Positions 38,460 through 52,169 of a DNA stretch of 64,000 nucleotides are shown here, in pieces. How positions within the stretch are numbered: the first letter of the stretch is position 1; the number at the start of each line of letters is the position of its first letter. Origin of the DNA: Okamejei kenojei (taxonomy: Eukaryota); NCBI GenBank assembly GCA_035221665.1, contig CM069137.1, positions 25,234,001-25,298,000 on the forward strand, in the 5' to 3' direction. Below the pieces are notes generated by a model, which saw only the letters and a program-made list of their open reading frames with translations, was not told the DNA's origin and did not search any database. A program made the position numbers and the translations under genes.

Positions 38460-39340
38460 ACTTTACAATGATTCTGAACCCCATTCTAATTAAACCTAAT
38501 TTATCCTTTCCCTTTCTAATGGCTTGCTGCATCTACGTTTTAGATTTCTGTGATTTGGGTACTATCTTTTCTTTTGGATGCCCAAAATTTCCCAATCTGT
38601 CTCCTTTAAAACTTATTTTACTTTCTAGCTTTTTAACTGAATGTGAAGTGGATACATTCACATTTCCCATATTGTACCCCGCCTGGCACTTTCTCGCTTA
38701 ATCACTTAATTAGTCTGCATCGTTTTGCAACCTCCGCATATCCTCCTCAAGGTTTATTTTTTCTCCTATACCTCCCAGCATGGTATCATTGGCAAACGTA
38801 AATATATTATACTGAATTCCTTCATTCGAGATGTAACTGTAGATTTCAGGTAGCTGAGATTGAAGCCCTGATCCTAGCATCTGTTTACATCTGCCGTCCT
38901 GACAGTGGCCCGCTGACGTCTACTTCCTGCTCTGCCATGTGTTGTTAATCCCAGTTCATATGAGCAAAGATTCCTTGAGCCCAGTCTTGTATAACAATCC
39001 ATTATGCAGCATTTTATCAAACCTCTTGTGAACATCTAAATTTTCCACTTCCACTGGTTCTCCTGTATCCACCTTGCCAGTTTCTGCATCAAGAAAATCT
39101 AAAAGGCCCATAGATATTATTTCCCTTTTATAAATCATATGGTTTTGCACCAATACCCAATGATAAATTCTGACCATTTTTTTCTATTACTTTTATCAGA
39201 GAAAAACAATAATAAGTTTTCTCTCTCTCTTCTTTTGAATAATTCTTTTATTGGATACTTTCCAAATCGAGGGAACCATTCTAGAATATAGGAAATTATG
39301 GAAGATCACAGCTAATGCATCCTTTGACCTCTGTAGCCAG
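38460..39340 (-). mobile_element. Old CR1 LINE RT fragment
   Basis: VDTGEPVEVENLDVHKRFDKMLH (LDFxKAFDKVPH-like), FANDT (FADDT-like), VPSIWK. Confidence 0.65.
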
Positions 39341-39777
39341 GTGGCAAAATTGGCTTTGAAATATAATCTGATGTGATACATTTTTGTTTTGTTGTCCAGA
39401 ATTAAAAGATACTAATACATTATTTACATTATGGTATTGCTCCATATGAAAATGTTCATCCATTTTCAATATTGTTTTGGATTCAGGAGGATCTGCACAC
39501 ATAGCCCCTCATTAAAGGAGTACTTCTTAACGTCCACTGACTCTTTGCACAGAGGCATGACCTGAGGGCACTACAAGAGTACCCCCTTGTGGTCCGAATT
39601 AGATGTTCTGGGTGTTGCATCTAATATAAAGTGCACCTTGCCAATCTGCTCGTAGCCAAACTGAAGAGATTTGAATGAGTCAAGGCCGATTACAGAAGGC
39701 AGGTTATAATCAAGAAAAACTTCATTTAACTTTTGCTCATGAATAAGAATAAGAATAATCCACAGAGAAAGTAGAAA

Positions 39778-40920
39778 TAAGGAACTACATATGCTGGTTT
39801 ACAGGCAGAATCTCTGGAGAACATGGACAGGTGACATTTTAGGTTGGGACCCTTCTTCAGAATGATTTTGGTGGGGGTGGGCAGGGAAGAAAGCTGGAAG
39901 AGATGACGGACAGGAGAAAGTCTGGCTGGTACAAGGTTGATATGGGTGAGGGGATTTTTGATAGGTTGATGGTCAGACAAAGGGGGTGGGGGTAGTTATC
40001 TAAAATTCGATGTTCAGATTGTTGGATTATAAACCACCAAAGAATATGAGGTGTTGTTCCTCCAGTTTGTGTGGCCTTAGTCTGCCAATGGCGATGGTGC
40101 AAGGCAAAAAGGACGGTATGGGAATGGAAAGATGACATAAAATGGTTAATAATTGAGAGACCCAGAAGGCCTTGGAGGATCAAGCACTTGCTCTCAGTCC
40201 GCTAAGGCCTACTAGATCTCCTGGATGCTAATAATTTAACTCCTCTTCCCATTCCTAACATGACCTTTCTGTCCTCAGCCTCCTACATTGCCAGAGTGAG
40301 GCCACATGCAAATTGGAATAACAGCACCTCATATTACACTTGGGTACTTACAACCCAATGAGTATGAATATTTGAATTCTCCAATTTTAGGTAAGCACAA
40401 CCCCCACCCCTTACTTCTATCCCCACATCCAACGCTTCTTTCCCCTAGCCCCTGACCTTTTCCCCACCTGAACCTGCACATATTTCTCTCCTCCCATTGC
40501 ACCTAATTCCTTCTTCTAGCTTCACTATTTGTAACTCTTCAATGTTTTTGTCTCACACATTCTATCTTTTCATTACTGGCCTTTATCCAGCCATCTGCCT
40601 GTAAAAACACCTCATCACCTGTGTCAGGCTATTACAAGTATAGGAAGGAACTGCAGATGCTGGTTTCCACTGAAGGTAGACACAAAATGTTTGAGTAACT
40701 CAGCGGGTCAGGCAACATTTCTGAAGAAAAGGAATAAGTGGCGTTTTAGGAGACCCTTCTGTCTATTGTCCTGCTCTTCCTTTCTTCCAGCTTTCTTGCC
40801 CCCCCCCCCCCATCCCCCACAATCAGTCTGAAAAGGGTCCTCTCCGAAGAGTCATCTATCCATGTTCTCCAGAGATGCTGCCTGATCACGCTGAATTACT
40901 CCAGCACTTTGTGTCCTTTG
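39778..40920. mobile_element. Penelope-like element remnants: two GIY-YIG C-terminal/pLTR segments in inverted orientation
   Basis: Plus strand 40280-40380 encodes LHCQSEATCKLE*QHLILHLGT-like GIY-YIG end; an inverted homolog lies at about 40000-40090. Both run into the short-element family terminus. Confidence 0.75.
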
Positions 40921-42118
40921 CTATGTCACATTATCTCACATTTTCTGTTTAGCCTTTTGGGTCAAAACTGTTCTGTGAGTCAGATTTTCCTATCTAAACT
41001 CGTTTCTGAAATGTAACAAGAACAGAGAATGATTTATTTCCTCCTCTTTTATTAGTTTTACTCACGTGAGAAAAAATCTTCTGACTTTTGTTTGCTATTG
41101 AATGATGCACTAGGAATTCTGTCAATTAAATAGGTTGACTCTACCTAGATGTAGTCAATGACAAAACTATGTTTGACTCAAATGAAATATGATATCTCAA
41201 TTATAATATGTATAGATTAACCTGAGATGTGGCTTAACATATATCGTTAAGAATATCCTCAATGCTAGCCTATTTACTTTCACTGTCCTGTAAACATTGG
41301 TGGAATGTATCCTTTGGAATACTTCAGATTTCATTGCTAAAGTATTTCTGTAATGTTATTAGAAGAGGGAAATTTGGGATTTGACCTTTGCATTGTTAAA
41401 GGAAGATACAATAGTGTTGTTTAACAGGCTTTTAGAAAGGCACATGGAACTGCAAGAAATAGAGTAAGATCGATCACGTACAGACAGATGAGATCAGCTT
41501 AACTGGGCATCATGTTCGGCACAGGAATTGTAGGCAGAAGGAGCCATTCCTGTAATGCACTGTTCTATGAAGAGCGACATTTGTCCAAGTTAAAATTGCA
41601 TACTACTTCAAGGCTAATTTGAAAGTAGAAATATTGACCAATAGAATATCTCTCTCCATGTACTGTATATAATAATCACTGCAACCATGTCACAGTAATG
41701 TTGGAATTATTGGATGTTTAACTTGGTGGATGGGTATTCGATGCATTGACCATGGTATGATGAACTTGAGTTATCTTGCACCTATCCAGGCTAATGGAAA
41801 GTATTCCATCAAGGTTCAGATTGAATACCTGGTAGATAATAGAAGGGGTTGGTGTCTCAGTTAGGTATCACAGTACTCAGCATATGAGAGACTGTTATAG
41901 TAACCTTGGTAAGTGATTGATTTAATTGAGTTTCTAACTAAAAATGCTTAAGCAATAAATATCAAAGAAATGTGGTGACATTTTCTCTTTTTGGCAATGA
42001 TTATTGTCTTTCACAAGTTTATTCGTTGGTTCTTATTTGAAGGTAGCCACAACGATTCCATGTGCATTCTGTGCAAACATGGTTTAAATACAACATTATA
42101 ACCATAATGAGATAGTAT

Positions 42119-42716
42119 AGGGCCTGTCCCATTTAAGCGATTTTTAGGCAACTGTCATAGTCGTAGCAGGTCGCCGAAAAACCGGCGACTGGACCCCCTA
42201 TGACAATGTCTAGGACAATGTTTACGACAAGCTACAACAACCTACCACCTAGTCAACGTCAAGCTACGCCAAGTAACTGACAACTGGCGACTCATTAGGA
42301 CGTCCATCTATGACCATACCTATGACAACTTACAACCTACGACCACACAGGCGACAACCTAAGACAACCGGTCAATCTACCACACCCGCGGCAATCTCCG
42401 ACCCTGTTAGCGACAACTGAAGACAACTGAAGACAATTCAGTCACCCGTATCTGAAGCTGGTTGATGTAGGTAGTCACCAATTGAATTCACCAAAGTCAG
42501 CACCGGCGACAATCTATGTCACCTGCCGACTGTCGCCGACTGTCGCCGAAAAATTCTGAACATGTTGAAAATCCAATGGCAACCAGAAAGATGCTACGAC
42601 TCTTTGGGCGACTGAGGAGACTACTCATGACCATTCAGGCGACACCCCGGTGACCATGTGGCGACAGCCTGGTCACCCGTAGTCACCTAAAAAATAGCCT
42701 AAGTGGGACAGGCCCT
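42119..42716. mobile_element. PIF/Harbinger-type MITE with internal GACAA-rich repeats
   Basis: TIRs AGGGCCTGTCCCATTTAAGCGATTTTT / AAAAATAGCCTAAGTGGGACAGGCCCT; flanks TAT/TAA. Confidence 0.85.
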
Positions 42717-43444
42717 TAACTGATGCACGTGGACTTCAATGCCACCACTGCCCCATGAACTATGTTAACACTGGCTCTCATTTTTTTGATGGAGATTTAT
42801 GCTTAAACAAAATGGGTGGTGCAAACATACAAATCTTTAAAAACTTAATTGTCAATGAAAAATACCACGTACTAAGTAATTGAAAATTGGACATATATGC
42901 AGGGCAATGAATAAAAAAAGAATGAGATGATGATGAATGTGTGCAGCCTCGTAGTTGGCATTAGCTGGAGTATCTTGTGTGGTCCAATGAACTGCCAATG
43001 TCATTCTTCATTAGGTGCCAAGAAAGGAGGCATTAATGGGCTGTATTGCAGCTTCATTTATTTTCAGCAGTTCTTAATTATACATCAGGGGTAGATTTAC
43101 AAGTACATGCTGCTGACACACACCCTCACCTGCTGGCAGCACAAATCAGAGACTGAGCAATTCACAGACCACCATTTTCCAACCAATGGTCGGAAAGTCA
43201 TTCAGATTTTTAATTTGCACTGCTGGTGGGCCAAGTTCCTCACTGGTGGCCTGGAGTCGTAAAGTTACGCCCATTATTGACAGATAGTGTTACAGGTTAC
43301 GTACATAGCTGAGCAGAGCAGATAAAACTGACAATACTTAACATTTTGATAATTACTATGATTCCGAAGACAAAAGCATTGTGGAAATGTTGCTAGTCTT
43401 TCCTTTAGAGAGTGCAATTAAAATCAACTCGAAAGCAATCTAAC

Positions 43445-43878
43445 AAGCTGTCAGCTTTGGCTCAATGATAGCAGTTTTGCCTCTGAGTCATGAGGTTGTG
43501 TTTTAAACCTCTACTCCAGAGAACGGAGCTTGTAAACTGGCTGACAGTTTAGTGGAGATAATAAGGAAGCACTGCACCATCTTTCTGATGCATTTTTAAA
43601 TCGAGACACTGTCAACCTTCTCTCAGTAGGATGTAAAAGATCCCATGCTACTATTCAAACCAGAGCAGCAAGGTTGTCAAGGCCAGTATTTATCTCTCAA
43701 CCAATATGGCGAAGTAAACAGATTACAGGGTCATTTAATTCTTGTCATTTATGGGACTTTGCTGTGTATAAAGTTGGCTTCTATGTTTTCTTGGGTTACA
43801 AGCATTAATCTTCAAGAATTGGCTGTGAAGTGTTTTGGAACATAACAAAGTTGTGAAAGATTTAATACAAATTATTTA
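43445..43878 (+). mobile_element. Near full-length ancient DeuSINE (SacSINE1-like)
   Basis: tRNA head TGGCTCAATGATAGC...GCCTCTGAGTCA; Deu core GGATGTAAAAGATCCCATG.TACTATT...TATTTATCTCTCAACC...GGGACTTTGCTGTG; tail GTTGTGAAAG. Confidence 0.75.
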
Positions 43879-46159
43879 TTTCTCTTTCATATTGAATTAC
43901 ACCCACAAAGAGTTTAAGGATGACTTCCCTTAAATGATTTTCCTGTTGTGAAATACTTCTATCTGATTTGACAAATTTGAAAGAAGTTTAAAAGTTAAAT
44001 GTCTTATGAGTTCAGTTAGTACAACAGTCAAATGTTTTTTTTCAAAAATCCATCTAGCTACAAAAGAGAAAGCATTGTTACTAGTATGGAAACGCAACTG
44101 TTACAATTAGCGTCATTGAACTCTGACCTGCTCCCAATTCTTAGCAGAATAAATCACATTGTACGGACTAATTGATTCCATGCAATAGCAGCAATTGAAG
44201 GTGGAAACCAGAAAGCAGGATGTTTATTAATGAAGGTTCATTAATCAAGATTGACAATAGTTAAGAACGACAAACATGGAAGGCGTAATGTTAGTTAGAA
44301 TAGATATTAAGTATTAGGGGAGCTAATGCAGTAACAATAATGGCCAAACACATGGCACGGAGGTGGTATGGAAGCCAACATAAATGGGCAACATCCCAAC
44401 ATGTTTATGCTGCACTGAAGATTCTGTGAGTAATTAATTATTATCTAATTTGAACCATAATACACAGGATATAGCAGTTGGTTACTGATGCTTTCTTGCC
44501 CTTCGGCACACCTCATTAGGGTCATAAGTACAGCGGTTGTGTTGAAGGTCAGTTAGATAGGTTTGAGATCACTTTTACACAGGATTTTCTTTTGTGCACA
44601 GAAGATCTTGCTTCCCTGCCTCCAGCAACCCCTGACGATCGGAACATCGTGAGCACTGAACAATGCAAACTTGTAATCACGTACTTTGTGTTTAGTTGAC
44701 GTTTACATAAAATTGGCACATTTACAAAGTCTACACAATACACATCTTAGAAAACTGTGTGGAGGTTACCTTCTGCCTCAAATCAATTAAACATCAGGAT
44801 TGTTTAAGAAATATTCAACTACATTTTCTCATTTTTCACCACAGGAAATAAACTGGCACCGTCATATGTATTTATGTTGGAAAATAATTACATCACATTT
44901 AATTGTGCAATCTCTCAAATGGCTTTGATTATACCACATAACACGATTCTTCATTAATCTTGGTGCTAATTTTTATTTCTTGCGAACATGATAGCAAATT
45001 TGAAACAATACTTCATAAAGTACATTAAAATAGCTAAAAGATGTCAATGGGTGTACATTAAAACTTTTCTATAATATGTAAAAGGAATATCCCTGGAGTT
45101 CTTTCTGAATAAGTTCATTTTTCCCCCTTGACATAAACATGTGCCTAAAAGAGTTGATGTTGTTTCTACCAGACATATGAAACAAACATTTCACATTTTT
45201 ACAGATGCTTTTAATTTGGGAGTGGTTTCCAATGCAATTTAGATCAAAAGTATCCATGTAGACAATCCAGAGTTGCTTAATTCCATGCCTTTCCAGGATA
45301 AAGTTGAACCACATCAGTAGGTATGGGTGTGACACCCACAATACTGGATGCACTCCCAAATACTGGAGGCACTCCCATAAAGTATCCCAGAAATATTCGA
45401 GGCAGGCATCCATCTGTCTTTATAAAGCTAAAGAGCTGTTAGAAATATGTTGTCTCAGATAGTCTATTTTTATCTTAAAGGTAACATGACGTCACCAGCA
45501 TGAGAGCAAATTAAGCATGATAATGACCAATGCAACTCTAAAGATGGTGGCTTAAATAGATAAACAATGATTAGCAGCTGTCTTGCACCTCAGAAGCATA
45601 ATTCTCATTGTATTTTCTGGTAAGTGAGGGTTTTCAATATGTATCAACAAATTCACTGATGTCATTTCATTTCATGCTCTCTTATTTTGACACTTTTGGG
45701 TTCATTCTATTGCTCTTCTGTAATCAATTTCTTACCATAGAAAGAAAATTAAATATTTAAACATCCCATGATTTATCAGTTAAATGATCAGATTATTTTG
45801 AACCAATAAATGAACCTAAAATGGTTCCACTGCTTCATATTAATCGATTTTCCATTATAACACGAGGTAGTCTGCCACAACAAGAAGGAAGCACCCTTTT
45901 GCTAAAAGCATTTACAGCATACATATGGGTGCAGCTCTAGAGATTGTCAGTAATAGAACTCAACCTCTGTTCTTTCCATAGTCATGTGATTGCGGGTGTG
46001 GGAAAGTGAGTGCTGACAATGGGGGCGAGAGAGAATGTCATCAAGTAATTTCAGTAGTTTTGTAGGCTGAGAATTCTGAGAGGTATAGGAAATAAACTTC
46101 TACAAATGCTCTCTCAGTTGCAATGGAGCTATTGGGAGCCAACATTTGAAGTTGCCATC

Positions 46160-46437
46160 GGCACAATGACTGGTAGGATTGTTGTCTCACAGTGCCAGAA
46201 TCTTGGTTTTCATCTTGATCTTGGATGCTGGCAGTATGGAGTTTGCATGTTCTCCCTGTGACCACTTGGATTTCCTACAGGTGGGTTTCTAGTTGGCCTC
46301 TGTAAAATTGCCCTTATGTGTCGGAAGTCAGTGAAAAAGTGGGATAATACAGAACTAGAATGGATGATCGATGATTGGTGTGGACTCCATGGGCAGAAGA
46401 GTCTGTTTCCATGCCGTATCTCTAACCTAAACCTAAA
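46160..46437 (+). mobile_element. HE1-type V-SINE, internally deleted
   Basis: GGAGTTTGCATGTTCTCCCTGTGACC core; (CTAAAC) tail. Confidence 0.75.
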
Positions 46438-46772
46438 TATTAGCTCGATTGACAAAGGGAATGGTCCCTCATTGCAAACTGTTCCACAGCTAATTACATA
46501 AATCAATAATATTCATATCCTCCAACAAAGACTTGTAATACAATAGGGGCATCTGTTAACCATCTATTTGTTGGTAAATTTCTCTTTGTACATAACTCAA
46601 AAGAAAATGGTAGATGACACTGTCACAAAAATAATTATCACATGCGAACAACAATTGGAATTCAGATATATGACTTTTGAGCTTTAATGGAGGTAATGGG
46701 TATCCTCTATATAATCTGTAGCCAACTTATCAGTTACTCAGTTATTCACCAGATTTTCACCCAAAATAAGAT

Positions 46773-46867
46773 AGACACAAAAAGCTGAAGTAACTCAGCG
46801 GGCCAGGCAGCATCTCTGGAGAGAAGAAATGGGTGATGTTTCGGCTCGGGACCCTTCTTCAGCCTTC
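46773..46867 (-). mobile_element. Penelope-derived mini-element; 17-bp TSD
   Basis: TTCACCCAAAATAAGAT at 46756-46772 and 46868-46884. Confidence 0.85.
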
Positions 46868-49800
46868 TTCACCCAAAATAAGATGGAGGATTAGCAAGTG
46901 ACTCTGACTCTATGTGCTAAATCACCAAAAACAATTTAATAACATAAATCAAAATATCCAAATTGCTCATTTGTACTATAACTATATGACAATTAACAGA
47001 TAACTCAGCTTGAATTCAAATCAGCACACTTGAAGATGGATGAAAATTAGCTTCATTGCATCTTTTGGTTTTGTCCCTTCACAGGTCATTTACCTCCTGA
47101 AAGATTAATGGATATGGCTCCCTGGTAAATTCAGAAGTTGATCACAATGCATAATGAGGATGGTCTTGCAACATGATGCTTGCCGAGTAAGGAAAGCACT
47201 CTCTTCCTGCAGAAGAGCCTCCTTTAAAAGTATTAAACATTTTGAAATTGGATACTCCTGGAAGTTGCAGGGCATTTGGGTGGGGTATCTTTCCTTGTTT
47301 ATTTCAAACTGATGTTTTTCATCAAAATGTCTATCTATATACAAAATGTCTCTATACCTACCTTTGCCCTCAGCATTTCATCAAAATGTTCATCTATATA
47401 TCTTTGCCCTCAATTAAACATTTCAGGTGAAATTATATGCATCAAGCCTACTTTCGAGATAAATAAATGCGAAACATTTCAGTATACAAATCTGTACAAA
47501 AAAAATCCCAATCTTGAACAAGAGTTCCAAATACTGCTAACTGTATTGGAGTGACATTGTGTTTTCATATGGTCTGAGCATTAGGCCACTTTAAAGGATT
47601 GCAGTTTATGATTGCAGTAATGCTGTTAGTATTCACAGTCATTAGATATTGTGACACCAACACTAACTTCTGGAGTACTTAAATATGGATTTAAAGATGG
47701 AAATCCAAAGGTTGTCATGAATTATCCCCTGCATTATGCACTGACTTGCAATCTTCCACAGTATGATCTCCCTGTGTCAATGAACTCATGAAAACTTTAG
47801 GTTTTAAAAAACTTTTTTCACTGTAAACATCCTTAAAGTTTATACATTGATGTATGATATAAGTGACATTTTGGTGCTATTCTGAGCCCATAATTATAGA
47901 TCACCAATCTGTCTGGAACTAAATATCTAATTTTATATGTGGTTTGCAATTTTCCTGGAAAAAAATATATTCAACCATGATGAATTTGAAGGTAACAAAA
48001 ATATATATATATATATTTTTTTTTTAATACAGAGCATGGTATTTCACTATCTCGTATGAAATTTCAGTGGCTGCTTACTTACATTGATGATATTACAATC
48101 ACTGGATGCCAAAGGTCCTTTTGAATTTACACCTGTCACAACCAGTGTTGGGAAAGAGGCCATGCCATAGAACTGGCAAGGTAATTGTAGGGAACTTTTT
48201 TAAAAGTCAGAATTGTTACTGTCCCTTCATCAATGACTGCAAAATCCATTCTTAAATATTAATTAGGGACAACTCCCCTCTCCCAGGACCCATTTATAAA
48301 GTTCATTATTGCTGAAGAGTTGGATGATTGTAGACTTCAAGACCAAGAATCATCAACTAAAATAACAACATGCATCCCTGATTAGTTGTAAGAAGTATGC
48401 AGAATACTCATGGCAACATGTGTAAATGATGCACAGCCCAGCCGAGTTGAATGTTCAAGAAACATACCTTAAAAAGCTTTTCTTCCTTTTTCCTGACCAC
48501 AAAAGGTATCACTATTGCTTCGCCATTTTCCAATATTAATTCAACACATTCCCTTCCCTCATTCACAAGGACCCCTTCTCTCCTCACCTTTCCACTCCGC
48601 TCCTCCCCTCCCCATCTCCCAGGATTTTACGGAGGAAATGAATCAATCCTCAGCTCCCTTGCTTCAGGCACACTATGGTAACGCAGTTAATTCATGACAC
48701 ATGAAAGAGGGTCTGAGTAATTCCACATAAAAGTGAGCAATTGTACACCGGTTACATGATAAAATAACGAGTGGCAATTACTGTAATGTAAAAGGTCAGA
48801 TGGGAAAGGTAGAAGCTGAGTTGTCTGTTTTGTTGTTTTGCATAGAAGATAGATATAAATCTTCACCTAGCTGATATCTTAATCATAATCTTGCATATCT
48901 CTGACAGGTTTTTTTTCCATGAGCTAGAGTATTATTAAAGGAAATGGGTGTTGAAATGATTACGATGTTGTTTAAATACTATCGACCTTCAAGACCATTT
49001 CACTTGTACTCTCCCCACCTACTTTCGGGGTTGGACAGTTATGTCAAACAACTATCTCTGAGAAGGAAATTATACAAAACCCAGATATTGCTAAGGTATA
49101 TTGCTTGAATAGATCAGCTCGATGGCTTTCCAATATTATCAGGAAATACTATTAAATGCATAGGCAGTATATCTGGGCTAATGCATCACTTAGGCAACAA
49201 CCTGAGTTGCTACTTTTTTTATATGGTCTTGATTAGTTTGAAAAAGCTTCAAAATTTCTGCTGCCCAATATATTCTTCTTTAATAAGTGTACAAATAATT
49301 CATTTGTTTCAGTTTGAAACATTTTATAATCAAGCCAATCAAAAGTTAACTAAAGTATCAGTGTTCAGTGTAAATATCAAGGAAAGAGCTTTCATGTCGC
49401 AGCCCTGTTTCCACCAATTTTTCCACCACCACGTACAAGAAGCACAAGAAGCGCAATGCAGACATCATTGTATGCAGATGCCGAGAAGTGTGCTCATCTC
49501 TGGCTGAACAACTTCTAATCTTGTGTGTGGATTCGACAAGAAGAAGTGTCAGTTAATGCTAATTAAATTAAATTTATTTTGCATTTATCAATCTGTCTAT
49601 ATTTTAAATGTGATAATCTATGATATGCACAAAAGGTGTCTGCAACTTTTCTCACCTTGTTTATACTTGGAATGTATTTGTCATTTGACACTTTGACTCA
49701 CGTCGAGCTGCTACAACATTTAGTTAGGAGAGTGGTTCTGTGAATATTTACATGTGATTTTCCAATATAACATAAAATTATAACAATAATATAATAATAG

Positions 49801-49927
49801 AAATGTATTAATCCAAATTGAGAAATGACTTGCATCACCAAATCTGGAAACCTGGTACAGGTCATAGTTGACTGTGACTATCCTTGAATATAAGAATGCA
49901 ATGTGTGTTCAGTTATGCTATCAACTT

Positions 49928-50320
49928 TGTGTAGGAAGGAACTGCAGAAGCTGGTTAACACTGAAGATAGACACAAAAAGCTGGAGTAACTCAGCGGGTC
50001 TGGTAACATCTATGGAGAAAAGGAAGAGGAGATGTTTCAGGTCAAGACCCTTCTTCAGACTGAGAGTCAGGGGAGAGGGAAATTAGAGGTATTAAAATGT
50101 TCAGAACAAGTCAGAGCCGACACCTATGACCAAGACAAAGTGGAACCCCCAATGGTTCATTGTTGGCTGTGGAAGAGGTGATAATGAAGGGATATATGGA
50201 TGCAAGCAATGGAACTAGCAGGATGACTAGGCTGAGGGAGGGGCAGAGAAAGATGGAATGCTGGGGTTACTTGAAATTGGAGAAATCAATATTCACCTAT
50301 TCCTTTTCACTAGAGATGCC
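49928..50320 (-). mobile_element. Penelope-like element 3' region (pLTR with hammerhead-like core)
   Basis: Family terminus GTAGGAAGGAACTGCAG; core CTGAAGAAGGGTCTTGACCTGAAACATC on the minus strand; continues to GAAATTGGAGAAATCAATATTCA (GIY-YIG end). Confidence 0.75.
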
Positions 50321-51666
50321 ATCAACTTTCCACGTTACAATTTTTTGTATTCAAATTCATAATGGAAGTTCCTTTTATATGCTTGCCATTACTGGCAAAA
50401 GTGTACTTATATTCTGTTCAGTTTATACAGGTAGATACAAAGGCCTAATGCTGTGGATGCATTTGAGATTTTACCAGAGATTTTGGAACTACTCAAGAGG
50501 TTAAGCAGAATCTGTGGAGAAAGGAGCTAAATAAGTGGGGCTGAACTTCCAATGTTCTAACACCACTGTCTGCCTAACTTCATTTCTTCCATCATGGCCT
50601 GGGATGTATTCTGCCACTGGAAGCCTGACTCCCAGCACTTTGGCTTTGCAGTGCAGAGCACAGTGGCACAGGATCTATCTCTGCCCAGGCAGATGGCTGT
50701 ACTTACAGAATTACTTTTAAATCTGGTGAAGCCCCGCCACAGAACTAGCCAGCTGTTAAAGCTGTCACAGCTGCTGAATGAGTGTTTTATACAGACAAAT
50801 AGAGATTCAATAATTTAATTAAAATTTTAAAAAAAGTTTCACTTATCTTTCTCCCAGCAGCCAATTTCTTCTATTTAACCCGAGCGCAGGTTCAGCAGAC
50901 AGCTTTTTCTGTCTTTTTAAAAATTCGACATCCAGGCCTGTGTCCTTGAGAAAGTACTGATGAGGCATGTACTGTGCCGAAAGCCGTTGCCATACTTTAA
51001 GTGAAGGCACTTCTGTACATTCTGTAGTTGATTATGGGTTCCCAGGATTTAAATCCAGTGATAATACATTTCCAAGTCAAAATAATGGTGCCACTTGAAG
51101 AGCAAACCGCAAGTGGTGGTATTTCTATACACTTGCTGCCTTTGCCATTCTTGATGGTAGAGGTCACAGATTTGAAAAGTGTGTTAGCATAGTCTAGGAA
51201 AGTAAATGCAGTCCATTTTATAGATGGTTCATACTGCAGCAGTGGAAGGCAAAACTGATATTTAGGGCATCTGATGTTTAGGGCATCAGATGTGGTACCT
51301 GTCAAAATGATGACTTGCCTAGAATAGTGTTGAGCTTCTTGCTGTGCTCATCCAGGCAAGTGGAGCAACTCATCTCACTCACGACTCTTGCCCTGGAGTG
51401 TCAGGAAGAGAGTCACTCACCACAGGATTCCCAGCCTCTGACCTGTTCTTGTAGCCACAGAATTTACATGGCAGGCCAGATGAGTTTCTGGTCACTGATG
51501 ACCACAGGAATATCAATGGTGGAAACTCAGTGAGGGTAATGCCATTAAATGCCGGGGTAGATGTTCATTGAGATTACTTTTGAGGAACAAATGGTACTTG
51601 CCACTTAACAGCCCATGTCTAAATGGTGTTTGGGATTTGTTGATTGCAGGCATTTATTGAAGAGCT

Positions 51667-51990
51667 TAGTTTAGTTTAGTTTAGTTTAGTTTAGAGATAC
51701 TTCGCAGAAACAGGCTATTTGGCCCACCACGTCCATGCCGATCAGTGATCCCCACACACTAACGCTATCTTACACACACTAGTGACAATTTACATTTATA
51801 CTAAACCAATTAACCTACCAACCTGTAAGTCTTTGGAGAGTAGGAGGAAACCGAAGATCTCGGAGAAAACCCACATAGATCACGGGGGAGTATGTACAAA
51901 TTCCGTACCGACAGCTCCCAAAGTCAGGATTGAACCCAGGTCTCTGGAGCTGTAAGGAAGAAACTCTACCACTGCGCTGCCATGCCACCC
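51667..51990 (-). mobile_element. Full-length HE1-type V-SINE
   Basis: (TAAAC)n tail, core and tRNA head with A/B boxes. Confidence 0.85.
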
Positions 51991-52169
51991 TATTGTGAAT
52001 TGTGAATGGAAATGAACTTCTGTGCAATCATCAATGAATAATTTTACTCCTGAACTTATGATGGAAGAAAGGTCATTGATAAAGTAACTAAAGACTGTGG
52101 GCGGAAGACATTGCCTTAACAAGCTCTTGTAGTGATCTCCAGGTGTTCGAATGGTTGATGCTGGAATGA

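Noticed and set aside
44500-44745. Possible extra ARHGAP15 exon
   Set aside because: No RhoGAP similarity, and the two identified exons already join in frame with no missing residues.
47318-47412. Local imperfect duplications (also 6679-6710 and 37092-37139)
   Set aside because: Ordinary slippage-type tandem duplications with no further structure.
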